Assembly: GCA_045657265.1 (NCBI GenBank)
Contig: JAZOSU010000035.1
Coordinates: 44 to 64,043 of the forward strand
Length of the DNA: 64,000 bases
DNA from: Eubacteriales bacterium
GTDB lineage: Bacteria > Bacillota > Clostridia > Oscillospirales > QAKW01
Direction: 5' to 3'
The notes below the pieces were generated by a model. That model ran no database searches. It saw nothing but the letters and a program-made list of their open reading frames with translations, and was not told where the DNA came from. Both the position numbers and the translations under genes were made by a program. This document shows, piece after piece, positions 1 through 8,361 of this stretch. The number at the start of each line of letters is the position of its first letter. The stretch's first letter is position 1.

Positions 1-70
1 ACTTCTACGCAATTAACCCCGCGTTTGATAGGAAATAAACGGGAGGGCGCAAAGGTCTTCCCTAAAATAT

Positions 71-148
71 AAAAACAGACGGAGGTTTGATATGCACCCC
101 AAAAGTTAGACACTTTTGGAGGTGCATATCAGTTTCCGTCTGTTTTTT
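71..148. terminator. Long nested inverted repeat that can act as a bidirectional rho-independent terminator
   Basis: Outer arms ACAGACGGA (75-83)/TCCGTCTGT (135-143) and TGATATGCACC (88-98)/GGTGCATATCA (121-131). Inner hairpin CCAAAAG (99-105)/CTTTTGG (113-119). A-run before and T-run (143-148) after. Lies just 3' of the minus-strand ORF ending at 151. Confidence 0.5.
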
Positions 149-150
149 GT

Positions 151-369
151 TTAAAGATATTCTCCGTTTCCCAATAACTTTCCTATTTCATAAACGATTT
201 TGCATTTTCTACTGTATGCTGTTATGATACAAGCAATATAATCTCCTATTATCATACGATGTTCATCTGTTAAAGGTAATTGATAATATCTTTTTTCTAA
301 TTCTTGCATAGCTTTCAAGTCTTGCAGGTAGGTTTCGTCATTGGATAACAAATCGTTTAAAAATTTCAT
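151..369 (-). CDS. Hypothetical small protein (72 aa from the internal ATG; the ORF track extends it to 441)
   Basis: ORF 151-441. The ATG at 369 is preceded by GAGAGG with a 5-nt spacer, whereas the 441 start would overlap the divergent XRE gene region. No recognisable motif. Divergent from an XRE regulator. Confidence 0.5.
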   Translation of the reverse strand: MKFLNDLLSNDETYLQDLKAMQELEKRYYQLPLTDEHRMIIGDYIACIITAYSRKCKIVYEIGKLLGNGEYL

Positions 370-468
370 AATTGCCTCTCTTTGACCATTATAGCGGTCA
401 ATATTTTTGATAATAATATCATAAAATATTGTAAATTGCAACCTATATTGGACAAAAAAGAGGTAATT

Positions 469-708
469 ATGGAACAGAAAATTAGATGTGATAAAAATAT
501 GGGTGATAATCTCAAAAAATTGCGTAAAGAGTTTGGAATATCACAGGAGAAACTCTGTCAAAGACTTCAGCTTATGGGTTGCGATATAGGAAGAACGACC
601 TATGCCAAGTATGAAGCAGGTGAACTTAATATTAAAGTTACTGTTATAGTCGCTTTGAGAAAGATATACGATTGTTCGTATGACGTATTTTTTTCAGGTC
701 TGGATTAA
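469..708 (+). CDS. XRE-family helix-turn-helix transcriptional regulator (79 aa)
   Basis: 'LKKLRKEFGISQEKLCQRLQLMGCDIGRTTYAKYEAGE' is a typical Cro/C1 HTH. The ATG at 469 follows AAGAGG. The track start at 382 is an upstream extension without an RBS. Confidence 0.8.
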   Translation: MEQKIRCDKNMGDNLKKLRKEFGISQEKLCQRLQLMGCDIGRTTYAKYEAGELNIKVTVIVALRKIYDCSYDVFFSGLD

Positions 709-727
709 CCTCAAATAGAAAATATAT

Positions 728-781
728 AAAAAGGCAGATGTGAACTATTTGGGGTTCACTTCAAAACTATCTGCCTTTTTT
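728..781 (+). terminator. Rho-independent terminator after the XRE gene
   Basis: AAAAAGGCAGAT (728-739) pairs with ATCTGCCTTTTT (769-780). An inner GTGAAC/GTTCAC hairpin is present, followed by a T-run. Confidence 0.55.
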
Positions 782-905
782 ATTTTTGTGTAATTTTCGT
801 GTCATTAACAGTTTGTACATACTTTTTTGTGCAAACTGACAATTGAAAAATTATATATTATATATTAATATATAATATGAAAAGTTATATAAAAATAAAG
901 TTTAT

Positions 906-947
906 ATAGGGAGAATGGTAAAAAATATAGGGAGAATGGTAAAAAAT
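906..947 (+). repeat. Perfect tandem duplication (2 x 21 bp) covering the RBS of the giant gene
   Basis: ATAGGGAGAATGGTAAAAAAT occurs at 906-926 and again at 927-947. The second copy runs into the ATG at 946. Confidence 0.9.
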
Positions 948-3900
948 GAAACAAGCGAATACTTTCAACAGAATTTTGAGTTCACTTTTAATAATAGCAA
1001 TATTATTATCTGTTTTGCCTGTGCAGATTTTCGGCGCAACTGTAAATTATAATGCTTCAAGATACAGAGCGACCATAACTGTCACGGATAATTCAGGCAG
1101 ACGTGTTACAGGAGCAAAAATAACTGTAACCTGTAGCGGTGATACTCATACCGTGCAGGAAGGCACAAACGGACAGTATTATTTTTCAAGACATGGAAAC
1201 AACCGTAACCATACGTATACTATAACGGTTGAGGCTGACGGTTATGAAACCGGAACTACCACAATGAAAGGTAATTCTACCCGTGCATCAGTTCAGCTTA
1301 CACCTATAGTTACTGAAGTTATTGCGTTCAGAGTTTATTATACGGCAGACGGACATATTCCAAGTAACGGATATTCAGCTACAAATGACCCTGCGGATTA
1401 CGGCCCATCGGCAGATGATACTCCTCTCGTACTTATTAACGTTGATATAACCAAGCTCAAAGAAATAGCAAAACAACCAAATTCACCCGTAGTTTATGGG
1501 GACAGTAATCTTGCATCGGGAAACCAATGGGAGTTTGTTCCCAGAGGAAGCCATACAGATGCAGACTATCTTGAAAAAATCTCAGCGTTCTGGGAAGCGG
1601 TGCTTTCTTGTACAGACGAAGAATCCATCGAAGCATTTAAAGAAACAGGGCTTTTTTCTGAATATAAAGTATACTGTCTTAAAAAACAGTCAGGCGGTTC
1701 TTTCCACGCAGACGGAATACTTGACGTGACACCTCCTGTTTACGTAGTAGAGCTTTATGAGAATACTGTTTTCTTCGGTGGTGGTGTTACTGATAGCGCA
1801 TCAAACAGTAAGTTTTTAACTGCTTATGATATTCTTGACCAGTATGAAGCGCATCTTAAGCAGGTTATTACCTGGGTTGAAGATGAAAACGGCAAACCAA
1901 AGCTTAACGAAAACAATGAATATACAGGTACATACGTAGATACAGCTACAAACAAAATTCATAATATCGCGGTATTCCAGACAAACAAAACCGGCGCAAA
2001 GCCTGTTGAAGGAAGTGAAATTCCTTACGTTAAACAGACAAACACATATTACCTTGCACAGTTCAATATGGATATTGATGAAGGTAAGGTTATCAAATAT
2101 CTTGTTACCTATACCGACGGTGTTGAAAACGAGGTGATATTCAACGAACACGAATATGCCGCTGAAAGATATCAGACAGTTCCTGCATTTACAGGAGTAA
2201 CATTACGTGAAAATTATAATTTTCGGGGTTGGTATCTTGAGGGTTCCACTGACGGAAAGATATATACTGATGCAGAAATTTCACAGATGAGTGTAAATTC
2301 TGATATGACATTCCACGCAGTGTGGGTGCCTGTGCCGAAATATACGGGTACTGTAAAAATTGTTATCAACGGTAAGTATGATGCGCCGACGCAGACATTG
2401 CTTTCAGGTACCATGGCAGATTTGTCAACACCTTTGAAGCTGGAAACCGAACCTACTGTATATCTTTCATCAGATGAACAAGAATATATACTTCTCAGTC
2501 ATACCGAAACAGGCGTGTACAGTGCACAGCTTAAAAACGGAATATACCACGCTTATTATTCTGTTGACGGAGGAGAGACTTATACTAAGCTCAGCGATCA
2601 GCCTCTCATTATGGAAAGTCAGGACAGAACAAGATATATTTTCTATCATACCGTATTACATAATCTCAATGGCGGTATGTTAAATGGGTCGTATGACGAT
2701 ATTCTTGAATATTTCCCAAGTGACGTAAAGGTTATGGTTTGTGACAAAGAACCTGTACGAGAAGGATATATTTTTGATGGATGGCTTACAAACGACGGTA
2801 TTATACATAGACCGGGAGATGTTCTCACAGAATCTATAACAAGACCTTATACCGTTACAGCTCAGTGGATAAAAGCTACAAACGTATATGCACATATAAT
2901 TCTTGACCATTTTGCAGTTGACGGTACAGGCTATAATCCAAGTGATTCAAAACACAATGTTACGTTTACTATCGACCAGAGAGAAAGCGCAGAGGGTGAC
3001 TATACTGAAATTTACCATAAAACAATAAACTGGGATGGTAAGAGCGAATATACAAGTAATGATTATTCATATCGCTACGCAGAAACTTCAAATGAAAACA
3101 AAACAACTTACGTTGCACAGATCCCGAATCTTACAAATGTTTCTTCTGAGTTTGATTATACTGTAACGTCTGCAAAATCAGGTTATATGGTAAAGAGCAT
3201 AGAGAAGGAATATGACCAGAATGGTAATCTTCACATTTACTTTACTATGCAGTTTGATCCCAATGAATTTGACTTTGTATATACAGTAGAGCTTGATGAC
3301 AAGGCAAAAACTTTACCAAAAGAACTTTGGCCTGTGGCAGTTAACGTTAAAGTAACTTGTTTTGAAAACGGTTTGTGGATTCCCATAATCGAACATGCAG
3401 AGACATACGAAAGAGTTACGCTGGGCCAGAACGGTATAGGACATGGTCAATATCCCGTATGGATGGCATCAACTGATGACCTGCCTCAGAACTATTATTA
3501 CCGTATTGAAGTTGTGTCATATGAAATGCCAGACGGCAGAATTGTTGCGGCCGAAAACATAGGTGGCGCCAATACAAATTATGACGCAGTCGATAAAAGC
3601 TATCTTTCTGTTATAGAGATTTCAGGAGGCAAAGACCCTGACACTGCAGATGCCGATGCACTTACAGGTGTTTATTACGAAGATGTTCAGGTAGGTACTG
3701 TCAAGGCAATAGTATCAATCCCTGTTTATACTGTAACATTTATTCCTAACGGTGGTAGGCTTGACGGTTCTTTGGCATCTAAAGTACTTGAAAATCAGAT
3801 AGTTATGCCCAACACTTCCGATTATGTTCCCGAAAGAGACGGCGGATATGTTTTTGAGGGTTGGTATATTCTTGGTGAAAACGGTGAGATGGTGTCAGAA

Positions 3901-6822
3901 GCTGTATCAGGCTCTGCAATAACATCTGATGTTAATCTTATTGCAAAATGGAAAGAACCTGTTACTGTTGAAGGTATAATAACGGTAGGCGCGACCTACG
4001 AACAGCAAAACGATGACGGAAGCGTAACTCTTCATTATGTTCCTGATAATGACAGAGTAACATCTGTTTTGGCTCTTTTACAGAAAAAACACAGCGAGGG
4101 TTACTACGAAACTGTAGACTGGAAAAATATCTCCGTTGATTACAGTAACTACTATTACTATTTCCAGAAAACAGAAGATTTACTTGTGCCTGTAGGCGTT
4201 GGATTCTATTCGTTTTACGGTTTGCCTGACGATGGCAGCGAATACCGCGTATATATTCTTTCGTCAAACTATTCGGCAACATATCAGAATGAGCCAGAAA
4301 GTCTGACTCAGCCTAAAAAATATGATACATACCAAGCTACAGACTATGATGCTCTTTGGGGCACCCAGTTTGAAAAAATTGCAACTGTAAATGCACATAT
4401 GCATTTTGAACCCCAGTCTTTTGACCTTGATTTCAAAGTAGACGCAACCGCTATTGGTGAGAGCTTCCGTCCGGATAAAACAGAAGTTACAGTTACTTGT
4501 GACGTTGACCCTGCTATCACAGAATCTTACAGATGGCCTGTTATTACCCAGATGATATTTGGCGAGGAAATTAAAGGCTGTGACGTTGTTTTGACAGACG
4601 GTGTCGGAAACGGTGTGCAGTCTGTATGGAAAAACGGATTTGACGGTACAACTCTTTACGATTACGGTATATGTATTGTAAATGTTGACGATGCTCCGTT
4701 TGTCGAAGATAATCCTTATTACTATATCGAATATCAGGCTCCTGCTCATTTTGACAGTGTTACAAATGACCAGAGTCAGCTCTTGGTTGCAAACCTTATT
4801 CCAAGAACATATAAGATAAACTACCAGACAAATGGTGGTATTATACTGGGTTCACACGTTTCTTCTCATACCTGGAGTTATGAAACTACCCTTTCACACG
4901 TTGTTCCCGTAAGAGAGGGATATCATTTTATGGGTTGGTATACTGATGAACAGTTGACAACTCCTCTTACCGAAACAACAATAGATGCTTCTGTTGCAAA
5001 TGACATAACTTACTATGCAAAATGGCAACAGACACTTGATGACGTACATATGGAAATTATAATAAACCATAGTACCGATGACGGTGGTATTTGTAACGAT
5101 TACAACAAAAATTTGACAGTATTTTTGACTCACAGACTCAGAGAAGATACACAGTCAGACTTTATCCGTATTGACGGACAGGTCAGAGAATACGATAAAG
5201 GTACATGGCACAATCAAAGCGGTGACCATACTATTGATTATGTTAATGAAGAAGATGTATTTACAGATCTTTCATCAGAATTTGATTATAATCTTTACAT
5301 ACATCTTGATGGCCACTACGTTAACGCTGAAAAATCAACGGTAGTCAAAGAAGTACACGAAGACGGAAGTACAACTCATCACGTTAAAATCTATCTTGAG
5401 TTTGATCCTGATCTTGTTAATATTGATTTCACTGTAGAGATGGCAGAAAATGTGCAAAAAGCACTTTATCCTGTTTATGCAAACGTAAAAGTTACAGCTT
5501 GGACAGGGCTTGAAAACGGAAACTGGCAGACTATTACTCAGCACAGTTCAAAAACAGTAGAAGTTGCCATCGACCAGAGTACAGGTATGGGATACGGAAG
5601 CTATCCTGTATGGCAATGGTACAACAAAGAATTTGAAGTTCCGTATTTCTACAGAATAGAAGTAGCTTCACTCGAACTTATCGACGGCAGTGTTGTTTCT
5701 ATGGAAGAAATTCAAGAGGAAACAGTTTATTCTGCGGCAGGATATACGGCAACGGTATTTGCAGAAAACGGTTGTGAAATCCCGACTGCTATGGACGATG
5801 ACGATAATATTGTCACAGCTGATACAACCCATAAAGGTGCATTCGGCGCATATGAAGACGAAAGCTATAATCAGATAGGTACACTAAGAGCTGTAATTGA
5901 TATCTGCAAGGTTGTATTCCACGCAAACAATACAGAGGCTGACTGCTATGACCAAGCTACGTCAAACGATATGTTCCGTACGTACTATAACAGTGCTGTA
6001 ACTCTTCCACAGGGTGAGTATTACTCACTTAATCAGGACGGAACTATAAATCAGTTTTACGATATTCCTACTTTTGATTATAATACTCACAACGAGTATA
6101 TCTTCAAAGGATGGTATACCGCTCCCGATGACAGCGGAGAAGCTATTGACTGGAGCGAATCATATGAAGGTAATACAGATTTGTATGCTCACTGGATTAA
6201 GGTGGGTTCAGTTATGAAAGATGCCGAAGACACGAAACAGACATCAGGTGATTCATATGCAGGGTATGACCTTATAGGTGCACAGATCCGTGACAGCGCT
6301 CACGATTCAATGCCTCATTACGGTAACCCCGGAAGCGGTCTCAGATTTATAACTGTTCTTAGCGAAGACGTATATAATCAGATAAACGCCATCAAAGGTA
6401 ACCAAGCAGGTGCTGAATACGGTTTTGCGGTTGCAAAAACTTCTTCTGCACAAAGCTATGCGGGAAATACTGAAGGATACGAAATAGAGTATAACGGTAA
6501 AAACGTAAATGGTGTTAACACGACAGCATCTTATAAATACGTGAAAAATATGAAATGCAGCGGTGTTGTAGATCACTTTAACGGCGAAGATTACAGACTT
6601 TATACTGCAGTTATTACATACAACAACCTGCAGGGTGATGCTCTTGAAGCTGCTTACGCAACTCCTTTTGTAGCTCGTTCATATATACGTTATTACGATG
6701 CAAACGGTTTACTTCGTACCTATTACAATAACTATACAGGAACACAGCTCTTTAGCAGTTGTAACACCTCTTTTGCACAGGTACGCGGAATAATTGCAGA
6801 TGGTAACGGAGGCGCTGAGTAA
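946..6822 (+). CDS. Giant secreted/cell-surface protein (1,958 aa) with Listeria-Bacteroides (Flg_new-type) repeats and internally duplicated domains
   Basis: Uninterrupted ORF with signal peptide MKQANTFNRILSSLLIIAILLSVLPVQIFGA. Five repeats of the G(W/Y)...W type: 'YNFRGWYLEG..FHAVW', 'GYIFDGWLTN..VTAQW', 'GYVFEGWYIL..LIAKW', 'GYHFMGWYTD..YYAKW', 'YIFKGWYTAP..LYAHW'. Internal duplication: 'SEFDYTV...FDPNEFDFVYTVE...VNVKVTC...YYYRIEVVSYEMPDGRIV' versus 'SEFDYNL...FDPDLVNIDFTVE...ANVKVTA...YFYRIEVASLELIDGSVV'. No LPXTG, SLH or TM anchor seen. Confidence 0.9.
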   Translation: MKQANTFNRILSSLLIIAILLSVLPVQIFGATVNYNASRYRATITVTDNSGRRVTGAKITVTCSGDTHTVQEGTNGQYYFSRHGNNRNHTYTITVEADGYETGTTTMKGNSTRASVQLTPIVTEVIAFRVYYTADGHIPSNGYSATNDPADYGPSADDTPLVLINVDITKLKEIAKQPNSPVVYGDSNLASGNQWEFVPRGSHTDADYLEKISAFWEAVLSCTDEESIEAFKETGLFSEYKVYCLKKQSGGSFHADGILDVTPPVYVVELYENTVFFGGGVTDSASNSKFLTAYDILDQYEAHLKQVITWVEDENGKPKLNENNEYTGTYVDTATNKIHNIAVFQTNKTGAKPVEGSEIPYVKQTNTYYLAQFNMDIDEGKVIKYLVTYTDGVENEVIFNEHEYAAERYQTVPAFTGVTLRENYNFRGWYLEGSTDGKIYTDAEISQMSVNSDMTFHAVWVPVPKYTGTVKIVINGKYDAPTQTLLSGTMADLSTPLKLETEPTVYLSSDEQEYILLSHTETGVYSAQLKNGIYHAYYSVDGGETYTKLSDQPLIMESQDRTRYIFYHTVLHNLNGGMLNGSYDDILEYFPSDVKVMVCDKEPVREGYIFDGWLTNDGIIHRPGDVLTESITRPYTVTAQWIKATNVYAHIILDHFAVDGTGYNPSDSKHNVTFTIDQRESAEGDYTEIYHKTINWDGKSEYTSNDYSYRYAETSNENKTTYVAQIPNLTNVSSEFDYTVTSAKSGYMVKSIEKEYDQNGNLHIYFTMQFDPNEFDFVYTVELDDKAKTLPKELWPVAVNVKVTCFENGLWIPIIEHAETYERVTLGQNGIGHGQYPVWMASTDDLPQNYYYRIEVVSYEMPDGRIVAAENIGGANTNYDAVDKSYLSVIEISGGKDPDTADADALTGVYYEDVQVGTVKAIVSIPVYTVTFIPNGGRLDGSLASKVLENQIVMPNTSDYVPERDGGYVFEGWYILGENGEMVSEAVSGSAITSDVNLIAKWKEPVTVEGIITVGATYEQQNDDGSVTLHYVPDNDRVTSVLALLQKKHSEGYYETVDWKNISVDYSNYYYYFQKTEDLLVPVGVGFYSFYGLPDDGSEYRVYILSSNYSATYQNEPESLTQPKKYDTYQATDYDALWGTQFEKIATVNAHMHFEPQSFDLDFKVDATAIGESFRPDKTEVTVTCDVDPAITESYRWPVITQMIFGEEIKGCDVVLTDGVGNGVQSVWKNGFDGTTLYDYGICIVNVDDAPFVEDNPYYYIEYQAPAHFDSVTNDQSQLLVANLIPRTYKINYQTNGGIILGSHVSSHTWSYETTLSHVVPVREGYHFMGWYTDEQLTTPLTETTIDASVANDITYYAKWQQTLDDVHMEIIINHSTDDGGICNDYNKNLTVFLTHRLREDTQSDFIRIDGQVREYDKGTWHNQSGDHTIDYVNEEDVFTDLSSEFDYNLYIHLDGHYVNAEKSTVVKEVHEDGSTTHHVKIYLEFDPDLVNIDFTVEMAENVQKALYPVYANVKVTAWTGLENGNWQTITQHSSKTVEVAIDQSTGMGYGSYPVWQWYNKEFEVPYFYRIEVASLELIDGSVVSMEEIQEETVYSAAGYTATVFAENGCEIPTAMDDDDNIVTADTTHKGAFGAYEDESYNQIGTLRAVIDICKVVFHANNTEADCYDQATSNDMFRTYYNSAVTLPQGEYYSLNQDGTINQFYDIPTFDYNTHNEYIFKGWYTAPDDSGEAIDWSESYEGNTDLYAHWIKVGSVMKDAEDTKQTSGDSYAGYDLIGAQIRDSAHDSMPHYGNPGSGLRFITVLSEDVYNQINAIKGNQAGAEYGFAVAKTSSAQSYAGNTEGYEIEYNGKNVNGVNTTASYKYVKNMKCSGVVDHFNGEDYRLYTAVITYNNLQGDALEAAYATPFVARSYIRYYDANGLLRTYYNNYTGTQLFSSCNTSFAQVRGIIADGNGGAE

Positions 6823-6956
6823 TGAAAAAAATCGGATTCCTTTTAATCTGTTTTTGTTTTGTTTTGAATCTTTTAGGCTGTCAGCCTGAAAACAACGATA
6901 AAACTCCCGATAAACCTCAGATAGAAACAGAAATGGATTTTTCGGATTTTGAATAG
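6822..6956 (+). CDS. Small putative lipoprotein (44 aa), below the ORF-track size cutoff
   Basis: The ATG overlaps the stop of the giant gene (TAATG at 6820-6824). Sequence is MKKIGFLLICFCFVLNLLGCQPENNDKTPDKPQIETEMDFSDFE, with lipobox L-L-G-C after a hydrophobic h-region. Confidence 0.55.
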   Translation: MKKIGFLLICFCFVLNLLGCQPENNDKTPDKPQIETEMDFSDFE

Positions 6957-6966
6957 GAGGATGCAG

Positions 6967-7560
6967 ATGAAAAAGACGATATGTTTTTTAGCTATCCTTT
7001 TAATCACATTCTGCGCCGTTTCCTGTACTGATAAAAAAACAGAAATCGGGGATAAAAACAAAAGCGAAATTTCTCAAAGCGCAGATAAAACTCCGATAAC
7101 TGAAGATAATAAAACAGAGCAGTCTGATCCCGAAAATAATAATTCGGGACAGACAACTCCTGAAAACAGTAATTCAGAGCAGATAATATCTCAGCAAGAG
7201 AATAAACCCGAACAGGAGAATAAACCCGAACAGGAAAACAAACCCGAGCAGGAAAACAAACCCGAGCAGGAAAACAAACCTGAGCAGGAAAACAAACCTG
7301 AACAGGAAAACAAATCCGAACAGGAGAATAAACCCGAGCAGGAGAATAAACCCGAGCAGGAAAACAAACCTGAACAGGAAAACAAACCCGAACAGGAGAA
7401 TAAACCCGAGCAGGAAAACAAACCTGAACAGGAAAACAAACCTGAGCAGGAAAACAAACCTGAGCAGGAAAACAAACCTGAACAGGAAAACAAACCCGAG
7501 CAGGAGAATAAACCCGAGCTTGGGAATGACGGATATTACAATCAGGTTATAAAACCGTAG
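6967..7560 (+). CDS. Lipoprotein with a long acidic PEQENK tandem-repeat region (197 aa from ATG 6967)
   Basis: AGGAGG at 6955-6960, then an ATG 6 nt later. MKKTICFLAILLITFCAVSC carries the lipobox A-V-S-C. About 17-18 consecutive P-E-Q-E-N-K hexapeptides follow. The track start at 6949 is an upstream extension. Confidence 0.8.
   Translation: MKKTICFLAILLITFCAVSCTDKKTEIGDKNKSEISQSADKTPITEDNKTEQSDPENNNSGQTTPENSNSEQIISQQENKPEQENKPEQENKPEQENKPEQENKPEQENKPEQENKSEQENKPEQENKPEQENKPEQENKPEQENKPEQENKPEQENKPEQENKPEQENKPEQENKPEQENKPELGNDGYYNQVIKP
7195..7518 (+). repeat. In-frame 18-bp tandem repeat, about 18 copies (encodes PEQENK)
   Basis: Units such as AAACCCGAACAGGAGAAT, AAACCCGAGCAGGAAAAC and AAACCTGAACAGGAAAAC. 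Variation is almost entirely at synonymous third positions. One unit has TCC (Ser) in place of CCC/CCT (Pro). Confidence 0.95.
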
Positions 7561-7574
7561 AATAGGAGGCACGT

Positions 7575-7694
7575 ATGAAAAAACAATATGAAGAGCCTGT
7601 AGTTGAAGTGCTTGTATTAACTGACGAAGCTATAATGTCCAGTGACGACCACGACAACAATTTTGGTGATTTCGGTGATTGGGAAAACTTATAA
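7575..7694 (+). CDS. Unannotated 39-aa peptide, candidate RiPP-type precursor (MKKQYEEPVVEVLVLTDEAIMSSDDHDNNFGDFGDWENL)
   Basis: Perfect AGGAGG (7564-7569) with a 5-nt spacer to the ATG at 7575. The ORF starts 14 nt after the upstream stop. Y5-x-x-P8 leader-like motif followed by an acidic tail. The 3' end overlaps the downstream HPrK-like gene. Confidence 0.5.
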   Translation: MKKQYEEPVVEVLVLTDEAIMSSDDHDNNFGDFGDWENL

Positions 7695-8361
7695 TTATAA
7701 AATTGCGGACATTATCTGGAAGATAAGTCCGCAAAATATATTTACAAAGCAAATGCTTGAGTGCTACAAGACGGAATGTGACAAAGCCGACATAGAAATT
7801 GACATATGTAAGGGCAGTGAGTCAGAAGAGCTTCAGAATCTTCTTTATGAAATCAACAGTCAAATGATTCGCAGTTTTGACGGCGTTATGTTTCACGGCG
7901 CGGCTATTATATATAACGAAAAAGCTTATTTATTTGCGGCGCCCTCAGGTACGGGCAAAACAACGCATATATCTTTGTGGCAAGAATGTTTTTCAGATAA
8001 GGTGACAATTCTTAATGGTGATAAACCTTTTATAAGGTTTACAGACGGAGAATTTTACGTTTACGGAAGTCCGTGGCAGGGTAAGGAAAAGCTTGGGTTT
8101 AACGGCAAAGCACGATTAGGCGGTATTTATCTTTTGCAAAGAGCGGATACAAACAGTATTTGCAAAGCATCGTCAAATCAGATTTTAAACGGACTTGTAA
8201 AATCTGTGCTTATTGAGAAAAATACGCAGGACCGACTTAAAGTTATTGATATTTTAAACCGTATATATAAAACTATTCCCGTAAACGTATTATATTGTAA
8301 TACTGATAAGCAGGCTGCGTATATTGTAAAACAGCATATTGACAGGGAGGCTCCAAAATGA
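7675..8361 (+). CDS. HPr-kinase-like P-loop protein (start uncertain: GTG at 7642, 7666 or 7675)
   Basis: 'FHGAAIIYNEKAYLFAAPSGTGKTTHISLW' places a Walker-A loop after an 'HG..v...g.a.l..G.SG.GK(S/T)T' context, as in HPr kinase C-terminal-domain relatives. The N-terminus 'YNYKIADIIWKISPQN' resembles this family. The gene overlaps the PqqD gene by 4 nt. Confidence 0.65.
   Translation: MIGKTYNYKIADIIWKISPQNIFTKQMLECYKTECDKADIEIDICKGSESEELQNLLYEINSQMIRSFDGVMFHGAAIIYNEKAYLFAAPSGTGKTTHISLWQECFSDKVTILNGDKPFIRFTDGEFYVYGSPWQGKEKLGFNGKARLGGIYLLQRADTNSICKASSNQILNGLVKSVLIEKNTQDRLKVIDILNRIYKTIPVNVLYCNTDKQAAYIVKQHIDREAPK

Noticed and set aside
151-708. A prophage/ICE boundary or toxin-antitoxin pair (small protein divergent from an XRE regulator).
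   Set aside because: No integrase, recombinase, phage structural or toxin-like motif is present, and the window edge cuts the context. Evidence is insufficient beyond 'XRE regulator plus unknown small gene'.
7195-7518. Possible CRISPR array because of many short direct repeats.
   Set aside because: The units are contiguous (no spacers), 18 bp long, in frame within a lipoprotein gene, and vary only at synonymous positions. No cas genes are present.
7174-7572. Two long antisense ORFs (132 aa and 100 aa; 'LFSCSG' and 'FVFLLRF' repeats) across the PEQENK repeat.
   Set aside because: They are the reverse-frame lattice of an 18-bp tandem repeat and stay open only because the repeat has no stop in those frames. 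The plus-strand reading has a signal peptide, lipobox and RBS.
7642-7674. The track's GTG start at 7642 for the HPrK-like protein ('MTTTTTILVISVIG...').
   Set aside because: This extension overlaps the better-supported 39-aa ORF by 53 nt in another frame and has no RBS. The family-like N-terminus begins near 'YNYKIADIIW', so a GTG at 7666/7675 is more plausible. The true start remains uncertain.
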